Source: Octopus vulgaris (lineage: Eukaryota). From it: a stretch of 64,000 nucleotides of DNA. The stretch lies in the NCBI GenBank assembly GCA_951406725.2, contig OX597817.1, positions 136,462,001-136,526,000 of the forward strand, written 5' to 3'. Of this stretch, positions 51,309 to 64,000 are shown piece by piece. Each line of letters opens with the position of its first letter. Position 1 is the stretch's first letter. The notes beneath the pieces were generated by a model. The model saw only the letters and a list, made by a program, of their open reading frames with translations, had not been told where the DNA came from and did no database searches. Made by a program: the position numbers and the translations under genes.

Positions 51309-51630
51309 ATCATCATCATTTAATGTCCATTTTCCATGCTGGCATGGGACTGGGCAGTTTGATAGAAGCCGACCAGCTGAAGGGTTGTTCAGGCTCCATG
51401 TCTGTTTTGGTATGGTTTCTGCTGCTGGACATCCTTCCTAATGCCAACCATTTTACTGAGTGTAGTGGATGCTTTTTATGTGGCACCATCTCTTATATGT
51501 CTGTAAGATTAGAGATGTTCAGCTGGAGAGGGCTGTAGGGGACGAGGCTGTATGCAAGGGCAATTATGCTTTTGCTTGGCTTGACGTGTCTTTTGAAGCT
51601 CAGCAAACTGCCAGGAGTCTTGGTTCCCTA
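51309..51630 (-). mobile_element. RTE LINE 3' end
   Basis: (CAT)n-ttaatgtccatttttccatgctggcatggg..ccttcctaatgccaaccat. Confidence 0.8.
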
Positions 51631-54509
51631 TATATGCTTATGTTTGACTGTGAACACAGTTTCTATTGAAAAGTATCATCACCTTTCTCTCCATATTTTT
51701 GAACTGGTCAAAAATTTGGAGAAGTTTAGTAAAATAACTTTTTAATGACTTCTTAAGAAGGTCCTCACTGAAAACTTGTAAGAGGAATGTGAAAAAACAA
51801 AACGAATTAAAATCTTAAACTTATTTAACATTGAGATTTTAATTGAAATATGAACATTTCGCTCATGAATTTGGTTGGGTCCAGAGGTCTGTTTTATAGT
51901 GGTATCAGATTGATTAAAAGGCTTCTCTAAATCATTTACTCGCCAGAACAGTTTTCTATGTGAGATAAAACTGAATTTGTCTCTCAGTATGAACAACCAG
52001 CCTTCATGTAGAAATGAAAGACAGAGAGTGTATTAGAGATTACATGTCTTCTGAAAGCCATTACTTTGAAGCATTCATTAATTGTACAGAGCACTTGCTG
52101 TTTATAGAAACTAATCTTACTTATTTAGAGAGTCTATTTGTAGGCGAACTCTGTGTAAACAAAATGTTTTTGCCATGGATAGAGTATAATACTGGAGATA
52201 GGGTGCAATCAGTTGATGTTTTAGTTAAGAAGCACCAGATGAATTCACACGAGCATATTATCTGTACACATGCATGCACGCACACACACAGTTTTCAAAA
52301 TCTGTTCGTGTCTTCCCATATTTGTATACTTGGAGTCAAGCATTGTACTGCATGCATGCATGCATGACTACACACATTCTGTTGTTTCTCTACTTTAAAA
52401 TGTGGTTTGTAAGTTTTCATTACTTTGAAAAGACTGGGTAAAAAAAAATACTTTTAGACAGGCAACTAGTATATTGGAAGGCAATATTCAGGGTGGACTA
52501 TTTTTAGCTAGGGCTACTTGATTTTCGCAAGGATTTGCATATTCCTGTCCCACCCCCCTAAAATACTATTCATGTGCATTTATATATATATATTTGTGTA
52601 TTTGCTTATGCGTGTGCTTATTCTTATTCATGTCCATTGTCTAGCATGTTCTTTCCAAATCTGCATCTGTTCATCACCCAGATTTAATATTACTCCTCCT
52701 TCAATCACTTGGTTTTCATTCACTCATTCACCCCATCATACATACTCACCATCTCTTTTGTTTGCTGTATCACTCTGCCAGTGTTGTTAATGAATACAAG
52801 GCCTCTGGATAAATACTATCACCCTTTCTGTACTGCCAGTCATCACTCCCTCTTCTTTGAGCTACATGCTATTGACGTCCATCACACATTCTTACCAACC
52901 CTATTACTATCCAACAGTCTCTCTCTCTCCCCCACATCAGTGCAATCTTCATCCATGCTTCTTGATCTTTCTATCTTTACTTTCTCTTCTCTTTACCATC
53001 TTGAACACTTTACCATGATGATGCAAGCACATCATAAAATAGTGAGCAATCTTTATTCTTCTGTGATCCAAGGCTACCTCGCTACTACATCCAGTAAATT
53101 CATTGGCAAAGAAGCAGGGGCAATGCAGAACTGAGTGGTTGTTTTAGAGTGGTAATGAGGACATGACAACTTTTCAAATGCTAGTACTGCAATGAAAGGT
53201 ATCCGGTACTCTGTAGAATGGTTGGTAAATGAGTAGAGGTAATGAAGGGATGAGAGGAGTCTTTAGTTTTGACAAGAACATAACTACTGCTCTGGTACAG
53301 GTGCCTTGGTAAAATGTACCTTGTAGTCTTTTTAAAGTGGTTTGGGGGGGAGAAGAAGGTCATCAAGCTAGAGAAAGCAGGCCAGAAATAGAGCTGTGAT
53401 TGAGATGTGCTCATTTGATTCATCTGGTGGAGGGAATGCAGTGGATCTGAATGTGGACCAGGACCATGAAGAACTGTCTGATCCATGCCATCATGGAAAG
53501 AAATGTATGATAATGATGATGATAAATCATTTACACACTCACACACCACACATTTATATTCTTATCCTATATACATACATGTTTTATCCTGTATAAATAC
53601 ACACATACTTATCTTATACTCTATACACACACACACACACACATGAATATCTTGTCCTGTATCCCAACACATATATCTCACTCTCTCTTCTCCTTTATAA
53701 TTTTATTTTCTCTGCCAGATTATCTTATTTCAGAATTATCAGCAATTGATAGTTTTTTTGTTTTTTTTTAACTTCTATATTTTCTTTATTAAAGCAACCA
53801 TCATCTTTTAACACAAATTCATTTTTGTTTTATATTTCTCTATTTCCTCCTCTTTGCTCTTATCTTCATCCAAATATATTTAAATATTGTGGATATTCAA
53901 TTTTCTCCCTCTTTATTATTTAATTTCTCTCGACTCTTTGACACTTCATTGAAATTCTAAATACTTCCATTTTCCTCTTGACTTTCTGGATTTTTAAAAA
54001 AAATTTATATTTTCTATTTCAAATTAAAAATGGTGATATGCACAATAAAAATTCCATTATTAATAAGTACTTCTGTAGTGTCTCTATCATCTTTGTGTTT
54101 ATCTATTAAGGCTGTTGTATAATTTCTGGTGAATTACACTGATGTAAGCAACTCATTAATTAACACTCATTCAGCTATTTTGCTTCTAGTCTCCTTATAA
54201 CCCACCACACACACAAACACATTCCTATTGCTGTCTTATGCTCTGGTTTTATTTCAACCTGTCATTGTTATATTGTCAATAAATATGTCAAAAATCAGAT
54301 TTACTCTATCAGGCTAACTGAAAAGTTATGTTGCAATCATTAAATTATATTGAACTGGTAAAATTAAATTGACAGGACTCTTTAATGAAATTATGTTGTT
54401 GTTTGTGTTTATAAAAGATTTGATGAACTTTTCTGATAACTCTTAAGGAAAACTAAAAGGAAAGTATTCTTATATTTGTTACCTTGTTGTTTGATATTAT
54501 CTCGTCTTT

Positions 54510-54705
54510 AATCATCATCATCATCATCATCATCATTTAGCGTCCGTTTTCCATGCTAGCATGGGTTGGACGGTTCTGCTGGGGTCTGTGAAGCCAGAAG
54601 GCTTCATCAGGCCCAGTCAAATCTGGCAGTGTTTCTACGGCTGGATGCCCTTCCTAATGCCAACCACTCCGTGAGTGTAGTGGGTGCTTTTTACGTGCCA
54701 CCCGC
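54510..54705 (-). mobile_element. Young RTE LINE 3' end
   Basis: (CAT)n-ttagcgtccgttttccatgctagcatgggttggacgg..ggatgcccttcctaatgccaaccactccg; CpGs retained. Confidence 0.9.
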
Positions 54706-55940
54706 ATTAATCAGTTATTAATATTTGAAATAATTTAACTGTTTTAGGTAGGAGTTGTGGGTATGGCTGTTTAAGTTTCAGGCTGTCTATAGAGAAGTCA
54801 ACAGTCATCAGGCTGGTAATTTAATCCCTTCTATAGCCAAAGTGATGTCCCAATTCATCGGGCCATAATAGGGGGGTGCTGCAGAGGAAATACTGTTTAC
54901 ATTGCTGGATGTGAATTCTTTTATCTGGAAGTTAATGGAGCTGTGCACATATTGAGAAATATCTCTGATCACAGAAAGCCAGATGCTCCGACTACAGATG
55001 GCTTCACTCAAAATAGGAGGGTATGAATTTTCAACATCACTCATGTTGTTACCCTCCCACTATTTTCCTATCATAATAGATTCCTCACCACTTCAAACAA
55101 TAGATGAAAACTGTAACACCACATAGAAAATATTCCAATTTACAAGCTCCGACTGGAAAGAATAACCACGAAAACAATGAAATAATGAAACACTCTGAAC
55201 TTAGATTACTTGTTTACAAAAGTACATAAAGTTCATCATAAACTGGCCAGTCTGTTTGCTGCTGTACTTTCTCTTCTATCAACCTTTACTTAGTTGAAAT
55301 AAAACAATATTTAGCTCATTCATACCAAGCTGTTTATCCAAACAAACACTTGTGAAACAAAATCAAATTCTAAAACCTCAGTATGTCAAGATTGTAATTT
55401 ATTGCGGCTATACTCTGTGTTAACCCTTACAATTCCTGTTATGTATTGATCTATTGACAAACATCCAGAAACATATTGTTACTCAAGATCTCTTTATAAG
55501 ATTATAACTCAGAAATTCTTAAGATTATCGTTTTTCAGACAAACTTATCTGCAAAGATGGAATATTTTTTAATCCACCTTATGTTGCCATTGATATAATC
55601 TCCAATAATAATAATAATCAGGTGTCATATTGTTAGATATGGCCTTGTAGATAAATATGTTATTGTTATTAGTTTAAAAAGAAATGTGCCTAGTTTCACT
55701 GTAGTTTAGTGCTGTTTACGTATCCAACAATAGATGTCTGGTGGTGACCAAACTAATCAAACTGATTTGATGTCTCCTAATCTGATTGTCCCATAATGTC
55801 TCATACAAGTACTGGATTGAGGAGTATTCAATGCATTGATGAGGTAGCTGCTGGACATATGGGTGACTTTGGGATACTCAGTCAGTTATATCTGGATTGA
55901 TCTATTGCTTAAATGTAACTATGGACTAGTCTACTATTTT

Positions 55941-56027
55941 CATGTAGACATGGATTGGCCAATTGTTTACATGTAGACATGGATTGGCCAATTGTTTACA
56001 TGTAGACATGGATTGGCCTGTTGTTTA
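55941..56027. repeat. 29-bp tandem repeat x3
   Basis: catgtagacatggattggccaattgttta: two identical units and a third with 2 mismatches. Confidence 0.95.
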
Positions 56028-56794
56028 TGGCAATTGTGGATTATAATCTGTGTTTGGCAAAAGACTTCCTTGTATCTTTGGTCTATGCTGATCTTACCTG
56101 TGAGGTGTCTGCTCATTGAAATTCTTGTGTCCTTCTATTCTGTATGTTCTAATCCGGCACTAATTCTTATCGAATCACCACCTGTTTTGTTGGCTTGTTT
56201 GACGAAGGCCAGCAGTCTGAAACTTCTAAGTCACTGTCACCCCATTACTTGTAAAAGTTTGATAAACATATACACTACTAAAATAATATTGTGTAATTTT
56301 TCAGTTTAATGTTAAATTGTTTATATATATATATTGACATGAAAATATGTGTTTTATACATATATGTATATATGTACATATATATAATTGAAAATTTTGC
56401 TGAGGCATAGTGATACTATTAACCTGGCATTAGAACTCAATATATATATGTATATATGCATCTGAATAAAGCATTACTTGAGTATGAAGCATAATATGTA
56501 GCCAAATAAATGACAAAGGAACAGGAGTTTATGCAATGAATGTCTTTAGCTTACAACTGTTTCTTCTATTAGATGCAGTGCATTCATAGCTGTGTATCAC
56601 TTGTAGCTTCCTTGGTGCATTTCATTTTTCAAGCTCTGACAAAGTTTGAACGTGATGCCCATACACTCGGCTCTGAGCATGCTGGATCTTACAGCCTAAA
56701 CATTTGTAAGCTTTTGAAGTTCGTTGAATAATCTCTTGTTTCTTTGTCATTTATTTGATTTCATTGTATGTACATGTGTGTGCGTGTGTGTGTG

Positions 56795-56967
56795 TTGTGG
56801 CCCTGCTGGGGCACTAGCTTGAAAACTTTTTAGTCAAATGCATCGATCCTAGTACTTAACTTTTTAAAGTCTGATACCTTTTGCTTAACTGCTAAGTTAA
56901 GGGAATGTAAGCACACCAATGTGAGTTGTCAAGTGGTGGTGGTGGTGGTGGTGGGACAAACACAAAG

Positions 56968-57004
<37 letters not shown>

Positions 57005-57166
57005 TATATACAATGAGCTTCTTTCAGTTTCTGTCAACCAAATCCACTCACAAGGCTTTGGTTGACCTGAACCTATAGTAGAAGACATTTGCCCAAAGTG
57101 CCACACTCTGGGGACTGAACCCAGGACCATGTGGTTGGGAAGCAGACTTCTTACCATGCCTGCACC

Positions 57167-57167
<1 letters not shown>
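56795..57167 (-). mobile_element. Family B CORE SINE
   Basis: Collinear with 38880-39320. Confidence 0.8.
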
Positions 57168-57213
<46 letters not shown>

Positions 57214-57216
<3 letters not shown>

Positions 57217-57355
57217 CATGTCTGTGGTTAAGCAGTTTGGTTCCCAACCACATGGTTTTGGGTTCTGTCCCACCTTGGGCATTCACAAGATTTTAGTCAG
57301 CTTGACTAAAACCTTGTGAATGAATTTGTTTGATAGAAACTGAAAGAAGCCTGTC

Positions 57356-57356
<1 letters not shown>
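57214..57356 (+). mobile_element. Family B CORE SINE head, divergent from the previous copy
   Basis: gtggttaagcagtttggttcccaaccacatggttttgggttctgtcccaccttgggc..ccttgtgaatgaattt..gaaactgaaagaagcc. Confidence 0.8.
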
Positions 57357-57449
<93 letters not shown>

Positions 57450-57788
57450 CTTTATATTTGTGTCTTAATATTGCTATGAACTACAAACTATGATGTTGTC
57501 ATCACTTCTTTTCCTCTTAATAAATTGTCCACTTGGTTTGCACCTTTGACGATTTGTGAAATAAAGATCCCTTACATGTTTTTTTAAAAAAAAATGTCAT
57601 TGTTAGCTACAGAAAGGACAACCAGCTGTAAAACATGGCCTCAGTTACACAGTCATGTATCCCATGCTGACATAGAAGAAGAGACATAAAAGCAACTGAA
57701 TGAATGAATAGTGTATAGTTATAGGTTTGATGAGTGGTGTGTATGAAGCTCTCAAGCCTTTACTCACTTTTGTAACTTTCTGCCTGTA

Positions 57789-57828
<40 letters not shown>

Positions 57829-57959
57829 GTGTGTGTGTGTGTAGATATATTTTTAGAGGGATAAATATATTTGTGTGTGTGTGTGTATATAGTTAGACAG
57901 GTAGATAGAGATGTATGCATGTGTGCTTGTATATATACATGTTTGAACATGTAGATAAT

Positions 57960-58045
57960 GATAAATGTAGATATTTGTGTGTATAAATATGTGTGTGTGT
58001 ATACATATATATATCTTATATATACATATATATATGTATCATATA

Positions 58046-58087
<42 letters not shown>

Positions 58088-58190
58088 GTATATATATATA
58101 TATCTATGTATATATATGTATATATATATATCTATGTATATATATGTATATATATATATATCTATGTATATATATGTATATATATATATC

Positions 58191-58269
<79 letters not shown>

Positions 58270-58276
58270 GTATATA

Positions 58277-58330
<54 letters not shown>
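57960..58330. repeat. Long complex (TA)n/(TATG)n array
   Basis: Direct reading. Confidence 0.95.
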
Positions 58331-58332
<2 letters not shown>

Positions 58333-59387
58333 ATGAGAGTAGAGATGGTGTGAAGGGGAGATGTTTATGTCTATGTGGGGTGTGGGTGTGAAATGTGTTC
58401 TTATGTTTTAAACAAATATCGACAAATCAATGAAATCAATTTCTGTCTATTATATATCTTTTACTTCCCCTCCCCCCTCCCGCTTCCATTTTATACCTAC
58501 TTATAGCTTGCCTCATCTCATAAATATACAACCTTTAACTTTTCAGGTACACTAATGTATCATTTTACACTCTCATCTCTCTACTAGTCTCTCTCTTCTC
58601 TTCATATGTCCATCTTTCTCTCTCTCTCCCTCTCTCTCTCTCACTTTTTTCTTTTTTTATTTATATATTTTATCTCTCTATCTTTGGCTAGTCTCTCCCA
58701 ATCTCTTTACCTATGTGTTTCCTGTTGTTATTTATATTTTCCCTATTTATCTTCATCATCAATATTTCCTTGTTTTTATTTTTAGATGTTCACTATCTTT
58801 GTTACTTTATATTTGTTGCTGCTTCTGCTGCTGTTGTTGTTGTTTCTTCCCACCTCAGATTGCTCACTGTAGTGAGATACTAACCAGAGACTAAGTCTTT
58901 CATAAATAAAGATAATGCAACATTAATTTTAAAGCAATCAACCAACTCCCAAAGCTGTGTTAATGGTAGAAGCTCTTCAGGCAGGAACTTTTGTTATTGT
59001 GTTGTCTATAAATGCTGAATGGCAACTGACCAGAGCTTCCTCTAGCTATCATCTTGGCTATTTCTTGTTTACATTGCTTAATATCATAAAACATTTTATT
59101 GAAGAGAGATGTGGATAGATAGAGAAGTAAAGATTCATTTATAAATAAAATTACATATGAATACTTTTAGTCTAAATTATAGATTGGTCCTAAGCTGTTT
59201 GTGGATATACTAAATTATTTATATCTAAAATGTATAACAAACCAATTTTGTGTATTAAAACAGTATATTTTTGGCACAAATAAACTATGTTAGTTGCCAT
59301 ATTCCCTAGACTTGCGAGACATCAAGCAGTATAGAGTGATGGCAGGACAAAATGAAATTATAGCTACTATATTTAGCTTACAATAAC

Positions 59388-59419
<32 letters not shown>

Positions 59420-60759
59420 ATATTCACAGAACTTATTTCTCTGATGTATACAGAAATGGAAGTAAGCAGATGGGGAGGTGTTTCTTTATGATTAACTTCA
59501 TCCTATTGCTCAGCTAACAACTGCTTAGTGTGGTATTTTCAACCAAAGTACTGACACCTTTTGGTACACTGCTAACACTGCCTGAAGGTGCTGCAAGATT
59601 TTCAATTTAACAACAATAATCCATAATTGGTTTGGGGGCATTGGTAAAATAAACTTCTAAAATGTTTCTGCTGCTCACTTGATTGAGAGAGAGAGAGGTG
59701 GAGTGTTAGATGAAATATTGGTCGTTTGTATTGCATCCTCAATTCTGTTTTATCTCCATTGCAAGTGAAGACAACTAACTATTAAAATAACCTTGTCCTC
59801 TTGTATTAGAAGAAATTCTTCTGACTAGCAATAACCACTTACAGTTTCTTCTGGTTTGATAGCTTACATGGGCTCTACTAGACTGACTTTTCGCAGACAC
59901 ATTACGTAATGTTGAAATCTTCACCAGTATCTGAGGCAAGGCTTATAGAACAACTCATCATGGCTACTGTAACATTTGAAATATGATATCTGTTGGTAAA
60001 ATGTTAAAAAAGATGAAATTAGTTTGTGTGTAAACAGTACAGCCAAATAGTCTGATATTTAATTAGACAATAATAATTAAATTCCTCTGTATATATATCA
60101 TCATTTTATTTTATTTTTCTGGGATGTTTGTCTTGGCATATCCAAAGTATTGATATGTGTATGGTGTGTTGATTGATTGATAGGGTGCAGTTTATTCCTT
60201 GCTGGTTTTGCTTGGGAGTCAAGGTGGAAATGGCAAAGATTACTACTCTGGAGAAACCTTTGCTATAGCAGCAACCACAAAGAAGTAAACTTTCTCAATT
60301 CATACAATTAAAAATATTCTTGCAACTTTGAGCACCTTGATATAACACATTATTGAACAGGGGCCATTCTAATAACAATAATCTTTAACAAATTTAATTT
60401 CTGTTAGTTTGGGAAATGAATTAGAGTGGACATAGTAACCTCTAATAATGACTGCAGTAAATTAACAAGGGAGTCTTCATGTAGTTGCTTTAGTAGTTAG
60501 AAATAGCAGTTAAATATTCTTCATATTACATCCTTTGCCACCTTAAAAATGGAAGAACTGTGCAAAGGAAGAACATTTATGGCTGGAATATTTTTGACTT
60601 TAGTTTTGCTTCAGTAGAGTTAAACAATAAATAATTTCATCAAAGTTTGAAAAACTTATAACCATATTAACAGTAGATTCCCTCTCTCTCTCTCCTATAG
60701 AAAAATAATGTTTTGATGAATGTACAAGAAATATATAACCAGTGCATAATCAATCCAAT

Positions 60760-60821
<62 letters not shown>

Positions 60822-62109
60822 TATACATACATACACATATATATAATTCTTTTACAAATAACCTTAGTTTAGTTTCATGTGGTATGATTTTTTTCTGTTT
60901 TAAGATTAAATTTAAACACCTTATGATAAAGTTTACTGAACATTTTGGGACATTCTTAATAAGAAGGGTATTAGACCTTAACATTTCCAATAAAGGTTTT
61001 TGGGTTCCCATCTCAGAGAAAAAAAAAAACAATATATAATTTTACATATTCTAGTGTAGCATATAATACACATACTGTTATGCATATGTATTTAAATATC
61101 TATTACACACACACACACACACACACACCTATATAATTATTGGGTTTTTTTTCACTTCCCACTCACACATCAATAAATACATGTGGATGTAGGTGTGTGA
61201 AGCAAACTCCCATATTGAGTCCGGAATGTGGTTTGCCTCTTTTATATACCTGTGATTTCCAGTTGAAAGTAATCAGACAGGAAGGTACAGAGTCTCTCCA
61301 CCTGACATTTCCCTAATGTCTTTATAAACATTTCTTTGATGTTAACTCAGTGATCCATTAATGACTAACAGGACATATTTTTTTTCCCATGCACAAGTAC
61401 ATATGCTAAACACCCCCTCCACCACACCCCCATCGCCCCCCTTCAGGTGCACCCCCTCCCATCATCACCCACACACACTCGTGTGCATTTTTATGCATAC
61501 ATATATACATATAGATGCGTACATACATATATGTGTGTATTCGGCAATGAGCAAAAAAAGAAGACTATACAGCTGGGACAGGTTTTAGCAAATGTAGTTT
61601 TATTTTGATTTTCAAAAAGAAGGGGAAAGGTCTTGACGTTTCAGTGGGTGGTCTTTCATCAGAAGGAAAAGGAAAAAATATTGAAAGAATGAGAAGAAAT
61701 GGTTAGAAAAGAAAAAAATAAATAAAACAGCGAGGTGGGGCTGGAGACCAAGTGAGAATGTGGTTCTATGGGGGAGAGTAAGGAAGAGAGGAGTCCAGCA
61801 GGATGTTATGTGCATTTTAGGACAGCCTCCATATATAGGAATGTGTCTGTGCTATATGTGTGTATATGTGTGGCTTGTTGAAGGGTGTGTGAGTGTAGTG
61901 GTGGTGTAGATATATATATATATATGGGTGTGTTAGTGTAGTGGTGGTGTAGATATATATATGGGTGGGTGTGTGTGTGTGTTATATATATAGAAATTGC
62001 CAGCTTTGTGCCAACATTAGGAGTATTGCCTCATGGAGGCAATGATAAATGACCAAGACCTTTAGCATTATGCCATGCATGAGAGGAAGATCCATCAAGC
62101 CAAGAATAA

Positions 62110-62650
62110 CTCATAATTGGTAGAACACCGGACTAAATATGTTGAGGTTATTTGGTGAGAAACCCCGGAGATTCTGAGTTGGAATCCTGTCAAAGTGTCT
62201 GTCAAATCCTGATTTCATTTCAAATTATGTGATTAAACTCCTTCCTTTAAAATTTGTGGCTGTTGGACTGTAATAAAGACCAGCAAGTATTTGTTCTCCA
62301 CATGTTTTGAGTTGAAACCCTGCCGAAGTCAATTTTGCCATTCGGCCCTCCAGCATCAATGAAATAAAGTACCAATTTAGTACAAGGGTCAATGTTACCA
62401 ACTATCTCTCCACATCCTCAAAATTGCTGGCCTTGTCTTGAAATTAGAAACAGTTACAGGTGCATTGCATATTGACAGACTGATCTGAGTGTTGTATAAA
62501 ATAGTTTGCATTATTTTTAGTCTCTCTGTCCTGAGTTCAAATCCTGCCTTCCATGCCTATGCACTTGATAAAAGCACTGGGACCAGTAGTATTGACTAAC
62601 CATACCTTTCCCTCAAAATTGCTGGCCTTGTGCCTCAATTAGAGACCGTT
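62110..62650 (+). mobile_element. Cluster of ~3 degraded family A SINE bodies in tandem
   Basis: Recurrent gagtt(g/c)(g/a)aa(t/c)cctg.. and aaaattgctggccttgt..aattaga motifs at ~62175, ~62310-62450 and ~62530-62645. Confidence 0.55.
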
Positions 62651-62830
62651 GGGGTGGTGCGAATGGAGAGCAACAATTTTTTGATATGTAAAATCCAAGT
62701 TTTGGTTTCAAATTCCTGTTGCAATTGCTTCAATTAATCCCTTTTGGCAAGTGTAAGGAGCACAACTATTTCTTTTCTCTTGGCTATTTTGTATATTTAC
62801 ATTAATAAAAATAATGATAGTAATATATAT

Positions 62831-62862
<32 letters not shown>

Positions 62863-62874
62863 GTATGTATATAG

Positions 62875-63252
62875 CATCATCATCATTGTTGTCATTTAAC
62901 GTCCACTTTCCATGCTGGCATGGGTTGGATGGTTTGACACGGACTGGCAAGCCAGATGGCTGCACCAGGCTCCAATCTGATCTGGCAAAGTTTCTACAGC
63001 TGGATGTCCTTCCTAATGCCAACTACTCCAAGAGTGTAGTGATTGCTTTTTACGTGCCACCTGCACGAGGGCCAGTCAGGCAGTACTGGCATCGACCATG
63101 TATGAATGGTGCTTTTTATGTACCACCAGCACAAGAGCCAGTCAGCTGGCACTGCCAATGACCATGCTTGAATGATGCTTTTTACATGTCACTGGCACAG
63201 GAGCCAGTCAGGTGGCACTGCCAGCGGCTACACTTGAATGGTGCTTTTTACC
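62875..63252 (-). mobile_element. RTE LINE 3' end with ~4 internal tandem units
   Basis: Tail motif plus repeated aatggtgctttttacgtgccac..gccagtcagg units. Confidence 0.9.
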
Positions 63253-63433
63253 TATATATATATATGTGTGTGTGTATATATGTATATATATGTGTATATA
63301 TATTTATATATATATATATATGTGTGTGTATATGTGTACATATGTATGTATATATATATGTGTATATATATTTATATGTGTGTGTGTGTATGTATACATA
63401 TGTATATATGTATATATGTGTATATATATTATG

Positions 63434-63472
<39 letters not shown>

Positions 63473-63633
63473 ATACATATGTATATATGTGTATATATAT
63501 ATTTATATATATGTGTGTGTGTGTATGTATACATATGTATATATGTGTATATATATATTTATATATATATATGTGTGTGTGTGTGTATATGTATACATAT
63601 GTATATGTTTATGTATATATATATGTATATATA
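63253..63633. repeat. Complex (TA)/(TG) microsatellite array
   Basis: Direct reading. Confidence 0.95.
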
Positions 63634-63635
63634 GG

Positions 63636-63985
63636 TAGCAGATGCCAGTGGCATGTAAAATGTACCTTTTGAACGTTGGGCCTCTTGGAGGCAATGACGG
63701 ATGACCGAGACCGTTGGCATTATGCTGTGCTTGAGAGGAAGACCCATCAAGCCAAGTAAAATTATAATTGTGGCAGGTACTGGTGTTACACACCTGACAC
63801 GCATGCTACTGGCATGTAAAAGCACCCATTGCACTCTCAGAGTGGTTGGCATTTGGAAGGGCATCCAACTGTTGAAACCATGCCAAATTAGACTGGTGTC
63901 TGGCGCTGCCCCTCAGCTTGCCAGCCCTGGTCAAACCCTCCAACCCATGCCAGCATGAATGATGGACATTAAATGGTGATGATGA
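63636..63985 (+). mobile_element. RTE LINE 3' end with ORF-terminal remnant
   Basis: ttgggcctcttggaggcaatgac..gtgcttgagaggaagacccatcaagcc..gaagggcatccaac..catgccagcatg..attaaatggtgatgatga. Confidence 0.85.
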
Positions 63986-64000
63986 TACATATGAGTTCTT

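Noticed and set aside
54808-55044. 78-aa ORF in complex sequence
   Set aside because: No recognisable motif or convincing splice sites; other frames are closed.
57958-58391. Long ORFs rich in YI/CV/HT (also 63168-63672, 40009-40465, 2033-2346)
   Set aside because: Translations of (TA)n/(TG)n microsatellites, not genes.
1-64000. Minus-strand excess of RTE copies as evidence of a host transcription unit; conserved bilaterian miRNAs
   Set aside because: The rough count (about 17 vs 11) is not convincing. No full mature miRNA sequence was recognised, only short seed-like matches.

Overview
AT-rich, microsatellite-dense eukaryotic DNA. The repeat content resembles coleoid cephalopod (Octopus-like) genomes; that assignment comes from recall of these repeat families, not from a search. 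No host protein-coding gene is recognisable, and the ORF track is explained by microsatellites and repeat sequence, so the window is most likely a large intron or intergenic region. It contains more than 20 pieces of a (GAT)n-tailed RTE-clade LINE, tRNA-derived SINEs (CORE-type and Meta/MESC-like), and decayed R4/Dong, Penelope-like and Tc1/mariner (maT-like) coding fragments. It also has TTAA-flanked MITEs and several tandem arrays. The most interesting signal is three separate hammerhead-ribozyme-like motifs (about 2.7 kb, 36.4 kb and 40.75 kb), each with one or two core mutations. One forms the 3' tail of a tRNA-headed SINE, suggesting a Pol III SINE mobilised by Penelope-like elements. Other notable features are an 84-bp inverted capture of flanking DNA at an RTE 5' junction, a PHD-like finger inside the RTE ORF, and several inverted repeat pairs able to form dsRNA. 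Coordinates of degraded elements are approximate.
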